64,000 nucleotides of DNA, taken from positions 9,036 through 73,035 of the forward strand of contig WRKO01000007.1 of assembly GCA_009782215.1 (NCBI GenBank), written 5' to 3'. Shown one piece after another: positions 40,031 to 49,207 of this stretch. The notes under the pieces are model-generated. The model made no database searches, was not told where the DNA came from, and worked only from the letters and a program-made list of their open reading frames with translations. Position 1 is the first letter of the stretch. Each line of letters opens with the position of its first letter. The position numbers and the translations under genes are program-made. The stretch is from Oscillospiraceae bacterium. GTDB taxonomy: Bacteria; Bacillota; Clostridia; Oscillospirales; UBA929.

Positions 40031-42682
40031 TTATTTTACTGTTTTCAATTTATCTAACATAAGCGTTGCTTGTTCTGCCGCTTCTTCAAAGTTGCTGTGC
40101 AGGTACAACAAATTCTTCATATCTTCAAGCGCGGCTGAGGTTTCTTTTTTATACGTTTTCAACTGCAATCGGGCAAGGGCTTTGTAGGCTGCCATATCAT
40201 CATAATCTTCGCAGGCAGTCTTAATGATAAGCAGTTGCTCATGTAAATAGGTTAAATCCTCTTGTATGTCTCCATCCTCATTTTGGTCAGGCTCAGCGGT
40301 AACAAGATTCTCAATTAACGCTTCAAGCCCTTTAATTAAATTTTCTGTGTTAGACCGGATAAAATCATTGTCGCCGCGTTGAGCCGCTTCTTCGAGGGCA
40401 AACGCCTTTGCGGACAATGCTTCTTCCCCAATATTCGCCAGCGCGGATTTCATGGCGTGGGCAGTCGTGGTAAACATTTTTATATCGCCGCTGCTTAATG
40501 TTTCCCGCAATGCAACGACCGCTTTTTGCGCGTCTCTCTTAAAGATTTGAGCCAGCTTGGGGTTTATATTAGACAGAGGCTTTTTTTCGTCAGTTGATAC
40601 TTTCTTGTATTTCTTGGCTTCCTCGGGGTATTTGTCATGAATAAAACGCGTTAGCACAGCGTTTAACTGCCATATATCTATGGGCTTTGAGATAAAGCCA
40701 TCAAAGCCGTGTTCGCTGAACATTTTGTCGTTGCCGGCCAAAGCGTTTGCCGTCAAGGCGACAATTATGCCTTTGTAGCCCAGCTCGCGCAGTTTGTGTG
40801 TGGTTTCTATCCCATCCATCAGGGGCATCATATGATCCATAAAAACGATGTCATATATATTGCCGCCGTTTATTAAGTCAAGCGCCTCAAAGCCGCTTAC
40901 AGCCGTTTCTATCTTTAATTGATACGGCGAAAGCAGCCCTTCGGCTACATAAAGGTTGGTTTCCACATCATCTACTAACAAAACCTTCCCGTAAGGCATA
41001 ATCTCACGCAGGGTATGCAGCTCGCTGTGCTGACTTTGCTCTTTGAACGTAAAATTGCTTAACTGCGCCGCAAGCTCCGCGCCTATAGGGGCGCACTCAA
41101 CAGCCTTTTGCCGGACGGTGACCTTAAATGTACTGCCTTTTCCGTACTCACTTTCAACTTCAACATTACCGCCCATCATTTCAGCAAGGTTTTTTGTTAT
41201 CCTAAGCCCGATGCCGGTTCCCTCTGTCGCTCGGTTCGCTTCGATGTTAAACCGCTGGTACTCTGAAAACAACTGTGCCAAATCTTCGGGTTTGAGACCC
41301 TGCCCTGTATCCTTCACGGCAAAACGCAGCGTTATGTCCCCATCCTCAGCCGTATGGCTGACCGAAAGCTCAACATGCCCTTCCTTTGTATATTTAATCG
41401 AATTTGACAGCAGATTGTTCAAAATTTGCTTTAAGCGTATCTCATCGCCGATAAGCCTTGAAGGCAGATTTTCGTCAATCGTTAGGATGAATTTGATTGG
41501 CTTATTCTCAATTCTTATAATATTAAGCTGTACTGTATCGTGAATAAAGCTGGGAACATCGTATTCAACGGGGCTGATTTCCATTTTGCCTGTTTCAATT
41601 TTAGACATATCTAAAATGTCGTTAATAATTCGCAGAAGGTTGTTGCCGGAATTGTATATTTTGCCCAAGGCAATTTCAGAGTCATGCGGCAGATTTCCCT
41701 TTTGAATCTGTATTTGTGATATGCCGATAATCGCGTTCATGGGCGTGCGGATTTCGTGTGACATGGTGGCTAAGAACTGGGTTTTTGCTTTGTTTGCGTG
41801 TTCCGCCGCCTTTTGCGCCTCGATAATGGGAGTGATTTCCGCAAACTCAAAAAAGCGCGTCCCCTTTTTTTTACCCATTAGAGCGGTGTGAAGGGCAAAC
41901 CAGCGCTGCTCCCCGTCTTTATCAAATGAAACGGTCTTTTCCGTCAGATAATCCTGCGTCATGGCGTCATTGAAGACTGCCGTCAGGTCATCGGAGTGAA
42001 AGATATCTTCAACCTGAATTTTATTTTTTTCTTTACCCATAAACTTGACGAACGACTCGCTGATATATTCAATCTTCTTATTGCCGTTTACAATGCACAT
42101 TAGGTTTGGCGTGGTTTCCAGCACCGCGTTGAAGGCCTGCCCCAAAGTCTGCAATTTAATTAAGAATGACAGAATATATTTACTGAAAAAATAACCAAAT
42201 AAATACAGCATCAATATCCCGAAAAAGTTGAATATCTCATCCGTCAGGGTAGCTTGCTCCCCAAGCAGCCGCGCGTCAAAGACAAATATGCAAAGACATA
42301 TTGTAAGCGTTGTTAATATGCACATAATCAATAGCCCAACCTGGTCTATATACATAATACTGACAATCATAATGCCCATCAGGAACACATAAATGACCCT
42401 GTCCCCGCCGAAAAACACGGCGTTGATGATTTCGAGCAGCACCATTGAATACGGAACCAGCACCGCCAACTGTCTTTTTGTCAGCCTTTTAATGGAGGTA
42501 ATGACAAAAAACACGGTTATCATCGACAGGCTGATGGCAATCCGTGACAGCCACCATTCGGCGTCTACAAATAAAATAAAAAAGAGTATCTTTGTCAGCG
42601 CGTATACAATAATCGTTGTCCTGACAGTCTTATTGGCTATTCCGATATCGAAGGAATACTCACTATTTATATCCCGAGACAT
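40031..42682 (-). CDS. membrane hybrid histidine kinase (multi-TM, PAS, HisKA, HATPase, receiver, Hpt)
   Basis: Hydrophobic N-terminus; MSHEIRTPMN, NSIKYT, DTGQG, GTGIGL; FMDHMMP; Hpt motif AHAMKSA; visibly AT-richer than flanking genes. Confidence 0.92.
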   Translation of the reverse strand: MSRDINSEYSFDIGIANKTVRTTIIVYALTKILFFILFVDAEWWLSRIAISLSMITVFFVITSIKRLTKRQLAVLVPYSMVLLEIINAVFFGGDRVIYVFLMGIMIVSIMYIDQVGLLIMCILTTLTICLCIFVFDARLLGEQATLTDEIFNFFGILMLYLFGYFFSKYILSFLIKLQTLGQAFNAVLETTPNLMCIVNGNKKIEYISESFVKFMGKEKNKIQVEDIFHSDDLTAVFNDAMTQDYLTEKTVSFDKDGEQRWFALHTALMGKKKGTRFFEFAEITPIIEAQKAAEHANKAKTQFLATMSHEIRTPMNAIIGISQIQIQKGNLPHDSEIALGKIYNSGNNLLRIINDILDMSKIETGKMEISPVEYDVPSFIHDTVQLNIIRIENKPIKFILTIDENLPSRLIGDEIRLKQILNNLLSNSIKYTKEGHVELSVSHTAEDGDITLRFAVKDTGQGLKPEDLAQLFSEYQRFNIEANRATEGTGIGLRITKNLAEMMGGNVEVESEYGKGSTFKVTVRQKAVECAPIGAELAAQLSNFTFKEQSQHSELHTLREIMPYGKVLLVDDVETNLYVAEGLLSPYQLKIETAVSGFEALDLINGGNIYDIVFMDHMMPLMDGIETTHKLRELGYKGIIVALTANALAGNDKMFSEHGFDGFISKPIDIWQLNAVLTRFIHDKYPEEAKKYKKVSTDEKKPLSNINPKLAQIFKRDAQKAVVALRETLSSGDIKMFTTTAHAMKSALANIGEEALSAKAFALEEAAQRGDNDFIRSNTENLIKGLEALIENLVTAEPDQNEDGDIQEDLTYLHEQLLIIKTACEDYDDMAAYKALARLQLKTYKKETSAALEDMKNLLYLHSNFEEAAEQATLMLDKLKTVK

Positions 42683-42739
42683 AACTATCCCCTTTCCATC
42701 TTCATCTTTGCGGTATGCGATAATGCTTATTTCAGATAG

Positions 42740-42768
42740 AGTATATAACAGGGTTTTCTAAAAGTCAA
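42740..42768 (-). promoter_or_regulatory. sigma-A-type promoter for the membrane hybrid kinase
   Basis: Minus strand TTGACT, 17 nt, TATACT. Confidence 0.65.
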
Positions 42769-42831
42769 TACATAGTTTGGACACGCCGTAGCCCCCTGCA
42801 ACTCACACAGGGGGTTTGGGTTTTTACAGGG

Positions 42832-45342
42832 TCAAAGGATTCCAAACATTTTTGCTTTTACGACGGCTTCCTCCGCGTCGTGAACCTCCAGCCGTTTGTA
42901 GACGAGCAGCACGTGGGCTTTAACCGTGCCGCGCGCCAGCCCGGTTGCGGCGGCAATCTCGCTGTATGTCATGCCTTTGCTTAAATACGTCAGCATGTCG
43001 CGCTGCCGCCCGGACAGATTCGGCGCGGCGTTTTCAGACGGGCTGAACCCGTGCTTCTCGCCGATTTTTTCTTTTAGCTTCTCTGCAAAGCTTGCAACCC
43101 CGGCAGACGCGTCCTCGCGTTTGCCCATCTCCAGCAGGATTGGCAATAGTTCTTTCCCCTCGTTCATAAATAACTGCGTAAAACCACAGGGCATAGCGGT
43201 GTTCATGGCTTGCGCCAACTGTTCGGCCGCTTTGCCCTTCTGGTTGTCATGCCATAACGCTATGGCCAGCAGCAGCCTTGTTTCGATTTGGTCCAACGGG
43301 CGGTTATATTCGGTCGCGAGCGTCAGCAGGCGCGTGCCGAACGCGATTGCCGCGGGGAAGTCCTTTAGCGCGATATGGGCGCGCAGCGTTGTGAAATGCC
43401 GGCATATTTGATAAAACGGCAATCGGGCGGAACGGCTTGCGTAAACGGTCAGCCATTCACGCGCGGCGGCCGTGTCTCCACCGCGGATAGAATACACGGT
43501 TTGCAGCGCTTTGAGGTTTGGCCGGAGGCTTTGCGCCTTGCTTTTTATGTAGTATTCGAGCTTTCCCATGATTTTGCCCGCTTCATGCGACGCGCCCATC
43601 GCGTACAGCACCGCCGACAAAATGGCGTGGGCGCAAAAAAAGACTTCCGGATGCGTATCGCCGTCACAGACACGGGAGCCTGTTGCGGCGTAATACATGG
43701 CGTCCAGCAGCTCGCCCTGCTCATAACGCACACCGGCAATCGTCATCTGCTCCATCACGGCGTAATCCTTGCCTATGATAACGCCGAAAGCGTCCCTGAG
43801 TATTTTTAAGTCGGATTCTTTCAATGCGTGGTAATCGTAGTAATCCCGCATTGAGCGGTGAAAAAAGGGCAAATTTTGGGTTATGCTCGCCGTCTTGGCT
43901 TCTTTAGGCGCTTCCGCGTTTCCAATTCCGCCGCGCGGCATCGACGCCATCATTTTGTACGCGCGTTCAACGCCCTGCCTGAACGGCACTCTGAAATCAA
44001 TCGTGGTGACAAACAGATACGTTACGATAAGCTCGGGATACCTTGAGACAATTTCATCCTTTCTCTCGTACAGCATATCGACATATTGAAAGTACGTTTC
44101 GATGTCGCCGTCATAGTAGGCCGCGACGGCGCATTTATACACCAAGTAAGGACTCGCGGCAATGAAGTCCGGGGAGAGGCTTAAAACATACTGCTTGAAA
44201 AAATCCAGCCTGTTCAGCACGGACATGCCGCCTATTTTCTCGGTATAAAGGGTTGTCGCGTCCATGCAGCGGTTGATTCCCTCATGGTTTCCGTTGTGGA
44301 TATAATGCTTCGCGCTTGTGTAGTAATCCCCCTGTTCATAATACCATTCGGCGGCGACGTCATTTAGTCTCCATAATTCATCCTTATCCAAGAAGCTGCC
44401 CGTTTGCTCCAGCAAAAAATCGTGAAATATATCGTGGAAACGGTAGGTGTCGTCATTCTCCCGGGTTAAGAACGCGTTTTCTTTCCTTGCCAGACGTTCC
44501 AGCGTTTCCCGCCCGCCCGGCTGTCCTGTCAGACGCTCGCAGAGTTCGGGCGCGGCTTCGCCGGGGACGGACAGGCGCAGCAGCAAAAGCTTTGTTTCAT
44601 GCTCCCACTGTCCCCATACCCGCGATTCAAAATACTGCGTCAATGTCCGCAGGGGTTTCCCGGCCTTCTGATTCTCCGGTTCGTCGGGGCTTGATAATAT
44701 CGCCGAGAGATACATCGCCCAGCCGCCCGTTATTTTGAGCAGCCTGCCGACCCGCTCCGAGTCCAGTTCGCGGTCTCTTTCCGCGCCAAACCATTCGATT
44801 TCTTTGGACGAGAAGAGGAGGTCGTCTTTTGTAATGACCCCGAACAGCCCAGTTTCCGTAAGCCCTTGCTCCGGCTCCGACCGGCCGGCCAGCAAACAGC
44901 GGATGTAATCGGGCAGACGGCCGACTATGACCGGAATTGCGGCTAGGATTTCTTCGTTTTTGAGTACATGCAGGTCGTCAAGCGCGAAATGGCAGCGGGG
45001 ATTTCTTTTCGGAAGCGTCTCGATCATCTCCAGAAGCTTGTCGAGCGAATCTACCGCTTGATGTAGAGTTTGCTTTTCCCCGGCGGCAAGCCTTATCAAG
45101 GTTCTCGCCAGTCTGGTGTAAAAGACCCTTGGGTCGTTGTCTGTATCCTTTACGGTTATCCGCTCTGTTTTTCCCCGCGTGGAGGAAAGCCACTGCGCGG
45201 CGGCAACCGACTTGCCGTACCCGCCCGGCGCAAACAGATATATGTGCTGCTTCGCGGATATTCTCTCCATCTTTTTGAGCAGAGCCGTCCGTGGAACGGT
45301 TTCAGTCAAAACGCCCAACGACATCCCGTAGCTATAACTCAT
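42832..45342 (-). CDS. MalT-like STAND ATPase / TPR / LuxR-HTH transcriptional regulator (copy 1)
   Basis: Walker A APGGYGKS, Walker B FALDDLH, TGGW, YRFHDIF; C-terminal LSGRQ...EIA...TVKAH...YKRL. Confidence 0.9.
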   Translation of the reverse strand: MSYSYGMSLGVLTETVPRTALLKKMERISAKQHIYLFAPGGYGKSVAAAQWLSSTRGKTERITVKDTDNDPRVFYTRLARTLIRLAAGEKQTLHQAVDSLDKLLEMIETLPKRNPRCHFALDDLHVLKNEEILAAIPVIVGRLPDYIRCLLAGRSEPEQGLTETGLFGVITKDDLLFSSKEIEWFGAERDRELDSERVGRLLKITGGWAMYLSAILSSPDEPENQKAGKPLRTLTQYFESRVWGQWEHETKLLLLRLSVPGEAAPELCERLTGQPGGRETLERLARKENAFLTRENDDTYRFHDIFHDFLLEQTGSFLDKDELWRLNDVAAEWYYEQGDYYTSAKHYIHNGNHEGINRCMDATTLYTEKIGGMSVLNRLDFFKQYVLSLSPDFIAASPYLVYKCAVAAYYDGDIETYFQYVDMLYERKDEIVSRYPELIVTYLFVTTIDFRVPFRQGVERAYKMMASMPRGGIGNAEAPKEAKTASITQNLPFFHRSMRDYYDYHALKESDLKILRDAFGVIIGKDYAVMEQMTIAGVRYEQGELLDAMYYAATGSRVCDGDTHPEVFFCAHAILSAVLYAMGASHEAGKIMGKLEYYIKSKAQSLRPNLKALQTVYSIRGGDTAAAREWLTVYASRSARLPFYQICRHFTTLRAHIALKDFPAAIAFGTRLLTLATEYNRPLDQIETRLLLAIALWHDNQKGKAAEQLAQAMNTAMPCGFTQLFMNEGKELLPILLEMGKREDASAGVASFAEKLKEKIGEKHGFSPSENAAPNLSGRQRDMLTYLSKGMTYSEIAAATGLARGTVKAHVLLVYKRLEVHDAEEAVVKAKMFGIL

Positions 45343-45369
45343 AACGCGCCCCTCTCACCCTATAACGGC

Positions 45370-45430
45370 ATTAAACTATACCGGGTATAGTTTGTCAAGC
45401 GTTGAACGGGAATTTTATAACGGCTATAAT
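45370..45430. promoter_or_regulatory. back-to-back promoters with a perfect palindrome (candidate operator)
   Basis: Minus: TTGACA (45398-45393), 17 nt, TTTAAT. Plus: TTGAAC (45402-45407), 17 nt, TATAAT (45425-45430). Palindrome AAACTATACC-G-GGTATAGTTT at 45373-45393. Confidence 0.7.
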
Positions 45431-45445
45431 TAAGACAACACGATA

Positions 45446-48004
45446 ATGGTGGGAGGTATATACAGGCGGATGGTACTGAAAGCGCAAGCGCCGCGAACGG
45501 CGCTGATGAAATTGCTGGACAGCATTTTGGACAGCTCTGTCTTATATTTACACGCACCGGCCGGCTTCGGGAAAACCATGTCCGCGCTGCTGTGGCTGGA
45601 ACACAGGGAAAAGCAGGCGCCCGTAAAACAGGCATGGCTCAGCCTCGACAACCACGATAACAAAACGTCCGATTTTTGCAGGCGGTTCGCCGCCGCCCTT
45701 TCGGGACTGCAACCGGAGAACGCCGCTCTGCGTGAGCTTGCGGCGCACCCGGGCTTTAACACGGCGCCCGTGGAGTTCGCCATGCGCGCGCCGGGGGCGT
45801 TTACCGCGCCGCAAACGCCGTGCTTCTTGGTTATCGACGATTTGCACATCATCAACAACACAGAAATCCTGACGGTGCTGCCCTGTCTGTTGAAACGGCT
45901 GCCGAAAAACTGCGTTGTGATGCTGCTCAGCCGCAACGCGCCGCCGGACAGCTTTTCCGAAATGGTGATAAAGGGCGGCCTTTCGGTCGTGGACGCGGCC
46001 TATTTGCAGTTTACAAACGGGGAAATCAAAATATTTTTCAATAAAAGCGGGCGGGACATTACCAACAAGCAGGCAGAGGAGATTTTCTTATCAACCGGAG
46101 GATGGGCAATCGCTCTGCGCGCCTTGCTGCTGTCGGAGAAAAAGTCATACAGCATTGATTTAACCGGGCAGTATCTTGAAAATTTCCTCAAAACCCACGT
46201 ATGGGAGCGATGGGACGAATCTACAAGGAAATTTCTAACGCTTGTGTCCGTGTGTCCAGAGCTTACGCCGGAGCTGTGTGAACAGCTCACGGCCGCCGAC
46301 AAGCTGCTGAAAAAATCGAACAGCGCGCAAATCCTGTCGGGCCTTGCCAGAGAAAACGCGTTTTTACGGGAGACCGAAAACAATACCTACAGGTTCCATG
46401 ACTTGTTCCGCGATTTTTTGCTCCATATGCTTGAGGAGAGCGGCGCTCAGGAGGCTGCCGGCCAATATAACAGGGCGGGTGATTACTATTTTGGAAAGCA
46501 GGATTATTTCCGCGCCGCCGAGTATTATCTGAACGGCAAAAACGACGATGGGATGGCGCGCTGCCTATATCATATGTATGATTACAACTCCGTTTCCGCT
46601 TCGATAGAGGACACGCTTTACATCATACATAAGGCAATCAGCGATTCCGCTGTGGAAAAGCACCCGTTTCTCTTGGAGGTTCAGGCGTGGGCCGCTTTTG
46701 TGGAAGGACGGCCCGACGATTTTGAAAGCTATTTAGACCGATATTATAAGCTGCTGCCAAAAATTATACTGAAAAACCCTAGGTCGGTGATTACCGGAAT
46801 ACTTCTGCGATGCATTGATTACAGGGAGCCGTATAACCACATTATGAAATCCGTGGGCAGGATTCCCTTAAAGGGCATCGTCAACCTCAAGGCTTTTACG
46901 CCGAGCATAACAAACAATCAGCCTTACTGGCACCGTTCGGTCAGGGATTTTTCCGAACTCTTCGCTGACCTCGACAAAAGTACAGCCCTGTTTGAAAAGG
47001 GTATAGGCACGATTATCGGCGAGGAGTTTGCCGTAATCAAGGAATGCTTATATGCCGGATGCCATTATGAGAAGGGGAATTTAAGCGACGCGTGTCGGCA
47101 CGCCCTCACGGCGTGCGGGAATATCCCGGACGACTGCTCCGCTGAAATCAGGTTTTGCGCCATGATGATGCTGGCGTCCGCGCTGTACGCAGACGGGCAG
47201 GAAGAGGACGCGGAGGAGGTTTTGGGCAACATAAGGGGTATGATTGAACGCGACAAAGCATTTTACCTGAAACCCAATCTGCGGGCTTACCTGTGCAGGC
47301 TCAAGCTGGCGGACGGCGATATAAGCGCGGCGCGGGACTGGCTGAAGGCTCATAAAAAGATTTTTGACAGTAATCTGTCAATGTTTAAGATGTATCAGTA
47401 TTCCTCGACCGCGAGGGCACACATTGTCATGGGCGAATACACGGCGGCAATACTGCTTCTGCAAAAGCTTCTCCTGCTCAGCGAGCAGTACAGGCGTCCG
47501 CTGGATGTTATAGAATGCTGCATCCTGCTTGCCGTGGCTTATTGGAAAAAAGGCAAGGGCGGGCTGAGCGTCGCGATGGATTATATCGAACAATCCGTCC
47601 GAACAGCGCAGGAATACGGATATAAGCAGCAGTTCGCCAATGAGGGCGCGGAGCTTGTCAACATTCTTCACAGACTGTACAAACGCACGGTTCAGAAGGA
47701 TTACGCGGGAGGCGTATCCAGCATGTTCGCAAAGACCCTGTATGTCTTGGCGCTTTCCGAATCCAAGCGCACCAAAGGGCTGACGGGCGGCAGGTCGCCT
47801 AAAAACCTGACCTTCACAGATAGGCAAAAGGCGGTTATGCGTTTGATGTGCGAAGGCCACAGCAAAAAAGGAATCGCCGAAAAAATGGGGCTCAAGCCAA
47901 GCGGCGTAAAGACACATACTGACCTTATCTACAAAAAGCTCGGCGTGGGAAACAGCGTTGAGGCGATTATGAAAATTAAGGAGCTCGGCCTGCTGGCGAT
48001 GTGA
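45446..48004 (+). CDS. MalT-like STAND ATPase / TPR / LuxR-HTH transcriptional regulator (copy 2)
   Basis: APAGFGKT, LVIDDLH, TGGW, YRFHDLF; C-terminal FTDRQ...GIA...VKTH...YKKL. Alternative start ATG 45470. Confidence 0.9.
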   Translation: MVGGIYRRMVLKAQAPRTALMKLLDSILDSSVLYLHAPAGFGKTMSALLWLEHREKQAPVKQAWLSLDNHDNKTSDFCRRFAAALSGLQPENAALRELAAHPGFNTAPVEFAMRAPGAFTAPQTPCFLVIDDLHIINNTEILTVLPCLLKRLPKNCVVMLLSRNAPPDSFSEMVIKGGLSVVDAAYLQFTNGEIKIFFNKSGRDITNKQAEEIFLSTGGWAIALRALLLSEKKSYSIDLTGQYLENFLKTHVWERWDESTRKFLTLVSVCPELTPELCEQLTAADKLLKKSNSAQILSGLARENAFLRETENNTYRFHDLFRDFLLHMLEESGAQEAAGQYNRAGDYYFGKQDYFRAAEYYLNGKNDDGMARCLYHMYDYNSVSASIEDTLYIIHKAISDSAVEKHPFLLEVQAWAAFVEGRPDDFESYLDRYYKLLPKIILKNPRSVITGILLRCIDYREPYNHIMKSVGRIPLKGIVNLKAFTPSITNNQPYWHRSVRDFSELFADLDKSTALFEKGIGTIIGEEFAVIKECLYAGCHYEKGNLSDACRHALTACGNIPDDCSAEIRFCAMMMLASALYADGQEEDAEEVLGNIRGMIERDKAFYLKPNLRAYLCRLKLADGDISAARDWLKAHKKIFDSNLSMFKMYQYSSTARAHIVMGEYTAAILLLQKLLLLSEQYRRPLDVIECCILLAVAYWKKGKGGLSVAMDYIEQSVRTAQEYGYKQQFANEGAELVNILHRLYKRTVQKDYAGGVSSMFAKTLYVLALSESKRTKGLTGGRSPKNLTFTDRQKAVMRLMCEGHSKKGIAEKMGLKPSGVKTHTDLIYKKLGVGNSVEAIMKIKELGLLAM

Positions 48005-48054
48005 AGCCGTACTCATCTGACATTATCACAGTTGACGGCTCCGATACCGAAGTC

Positions 48055-48115
48055 AAAAACAGAGTGTCCATACAGAATGAGAAGCGGCTGCTCCTCAATG
48101 CTGTATGGACACTCC
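48055..48115 (-). terminator. long tRNA-trailer hairpin (copy 2); could also stop the convergent regulator transcript
   Basis: Minus strand GGAGTGTCCATACAGCATTGAGGAGC-AGCC-GCTTCTCATTCTGTATGGACACTCT, then GTTTTT. Confidence 0.75.
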
Positions 48116-48117
48116 CT

Positions 48118-48194
48118 TGGCGCGCCGTGGAGGATTCGAACCCTCGACCTTCTGGTCCGTAGCCAGACGCTCTATCCAGCTGAGCTAACGGCGC
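48118..48194 (-). tRNA. tRNA-Arg(ACG)
   Basis: Minus strand GCGCCGTTAGCTCAGCTGGATAGAGCGTCTGGCTACGGACCAGAAGGTCGAGGGTTCGAATCCTCCACGGCGCGCCA. Confidence 0.96.
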
Positions 48195-48209
48195 GTGTGC
48201 ACAAAGTGA

Positions 48210-48238
48210 AGTATACAGAAAAAACTGCCGCTTGTCAA
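48210..48238 (-). promoter_or_regulatory. tRNA-Arg promoter
   Basis: Minus strand TTGACA, 17 nt, TATACT. Confidence 0.75.
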
Positions 48239-48326
48239 GCAGTTTTTACGCGAATGTCGCGGCAAACATTTGGTATGCCCCGAATGCCCTGCAATAGCTT
48301 GACACGACCCGGAGGAGAATTTTCGG

Positions 48327-48355
48327 TTGCGGAAAGACGGCCCTTGTGGTATACT
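48327..48355 (+). promoter_or_regulatory. tRNA-Leu promoter
   Basis: TTGCGG, 17 nt, TATACT, with TG extension. Confidence 0.6.
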
Positions 48356-48399
48356 GCAATATGTTACGGCTTTGTCCCTGAGAGGGAATGGGTTTTTAC

Positions 48400-48481
48400 G
48401 CGGACATGGTGGAATGGCAGACACGTTGGTCTTAGGAGCCAATGGGCAACCGTCCGGGTTCAAGTCCCGGTGTCCGCACCA
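48400..48481 (+). tRNA. tRNA-Leu(TAG)
   Basis: Acceptor GCGGACA/TGTCCGC; anticodon loop CTTAGGA; variable arm; GTTCAAGTC; encoded CCA. Confidence 0.94.
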
Positions 48482-48589
48482 CCCATATGTCAAGCCCACG
48501 CTAAGACGGCGCGGGCTTGTTGATTATAATACGGAATCTGCTTAAAACGACCAATGCCTTATGGTATTATATTCTTGGAGGGCTGATTT

Positions 48590-49207
48590 ATGGAAAAGGG
48601 AAAAATTATTTTTCTAAACGGTGTATCCAGTGCCGGAAAAACTACATTGGCGAAAGCATTGCAAGAACGATTTGATGAGCCATACTATATCATTAACGTA
48701 GATATGTTTTTAGGAACGGGTATCATGTTTCCTGAAAAATTTGCAACAAATGACCTTGCAGAATTTGAGATGTTTGTCAGGACGTTGTCGGGAATGCACC
48801 ATTCAATAAAGTTGTATTCGGATTTGGGGATGAACACGATTGTTGACCACGTCCTTGTTAATCGCTTTTTTGATTTAGGCAATCCGAAGTTAATGGAGGA
48901 GTGCGTGGAGTTACTACACGAGCATCCAGTTCTATTTGTTCATGTTACTTGCTCTGTCGAAAAACTACGACGCAGGGAGAAAAAACGGAGTGACCGACAT
49001 AGTGGACAAGCAGAAGGTCAACTTGTGCAGTTGGTTCCGAAAGACACATATGATTTGATTGTAGATACGTATAACAGTACGCTGGATGAATGTGTTGATG
49101 AAATTATTACCACACTGGGATGCCCTGATCGGTTTATGGCATTTAAGGTGTTATGGGCACAGCAGACGGCGAAGCCGTCTGCTGTGATGGAAAATGCTAC
49201 AACGTGA
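48590..49207 (+). CDS. chloramphenicol phosphotransferase (CPT)-like P-loop kinase
   Basis: IIFLNGVSSAGKTT, IVDHV, RREKKRSDR, YDLIVDT; AT-rich. Confidence 0.8.
   Translation: MEKGKIIFLNGVSSAGKTTLAKALQERFDEPYYIINVDMFLGTGIMFPEKFATNDLAEFEMFVRTLSGMHHSIKLYSDLGMNTIVDHVLVNRFFDLGNPKLMEECVELLHEHPVLFVHVTCSVEKLRRREKKRSDRHSGQAEGQLVQLVPKDTYDLIVDTYNSTLDECVDEIITTLGCPDRFMAFKVLWAQQTAKPSAVMENATT

Noticed and set aside
39893-48481. Intact integrative element or prophage at the tRNAs
   Set aside because: No integrase, transfer or phage genes, and I found no duplicated tRNA 3' end.
48032-48545. ORFs 48032-48523, 48185-48499 and 48327-48545
   Set aside because: They overlap tRNA-Arg, tRNA-Leu and their promoters, so are likely spurious.
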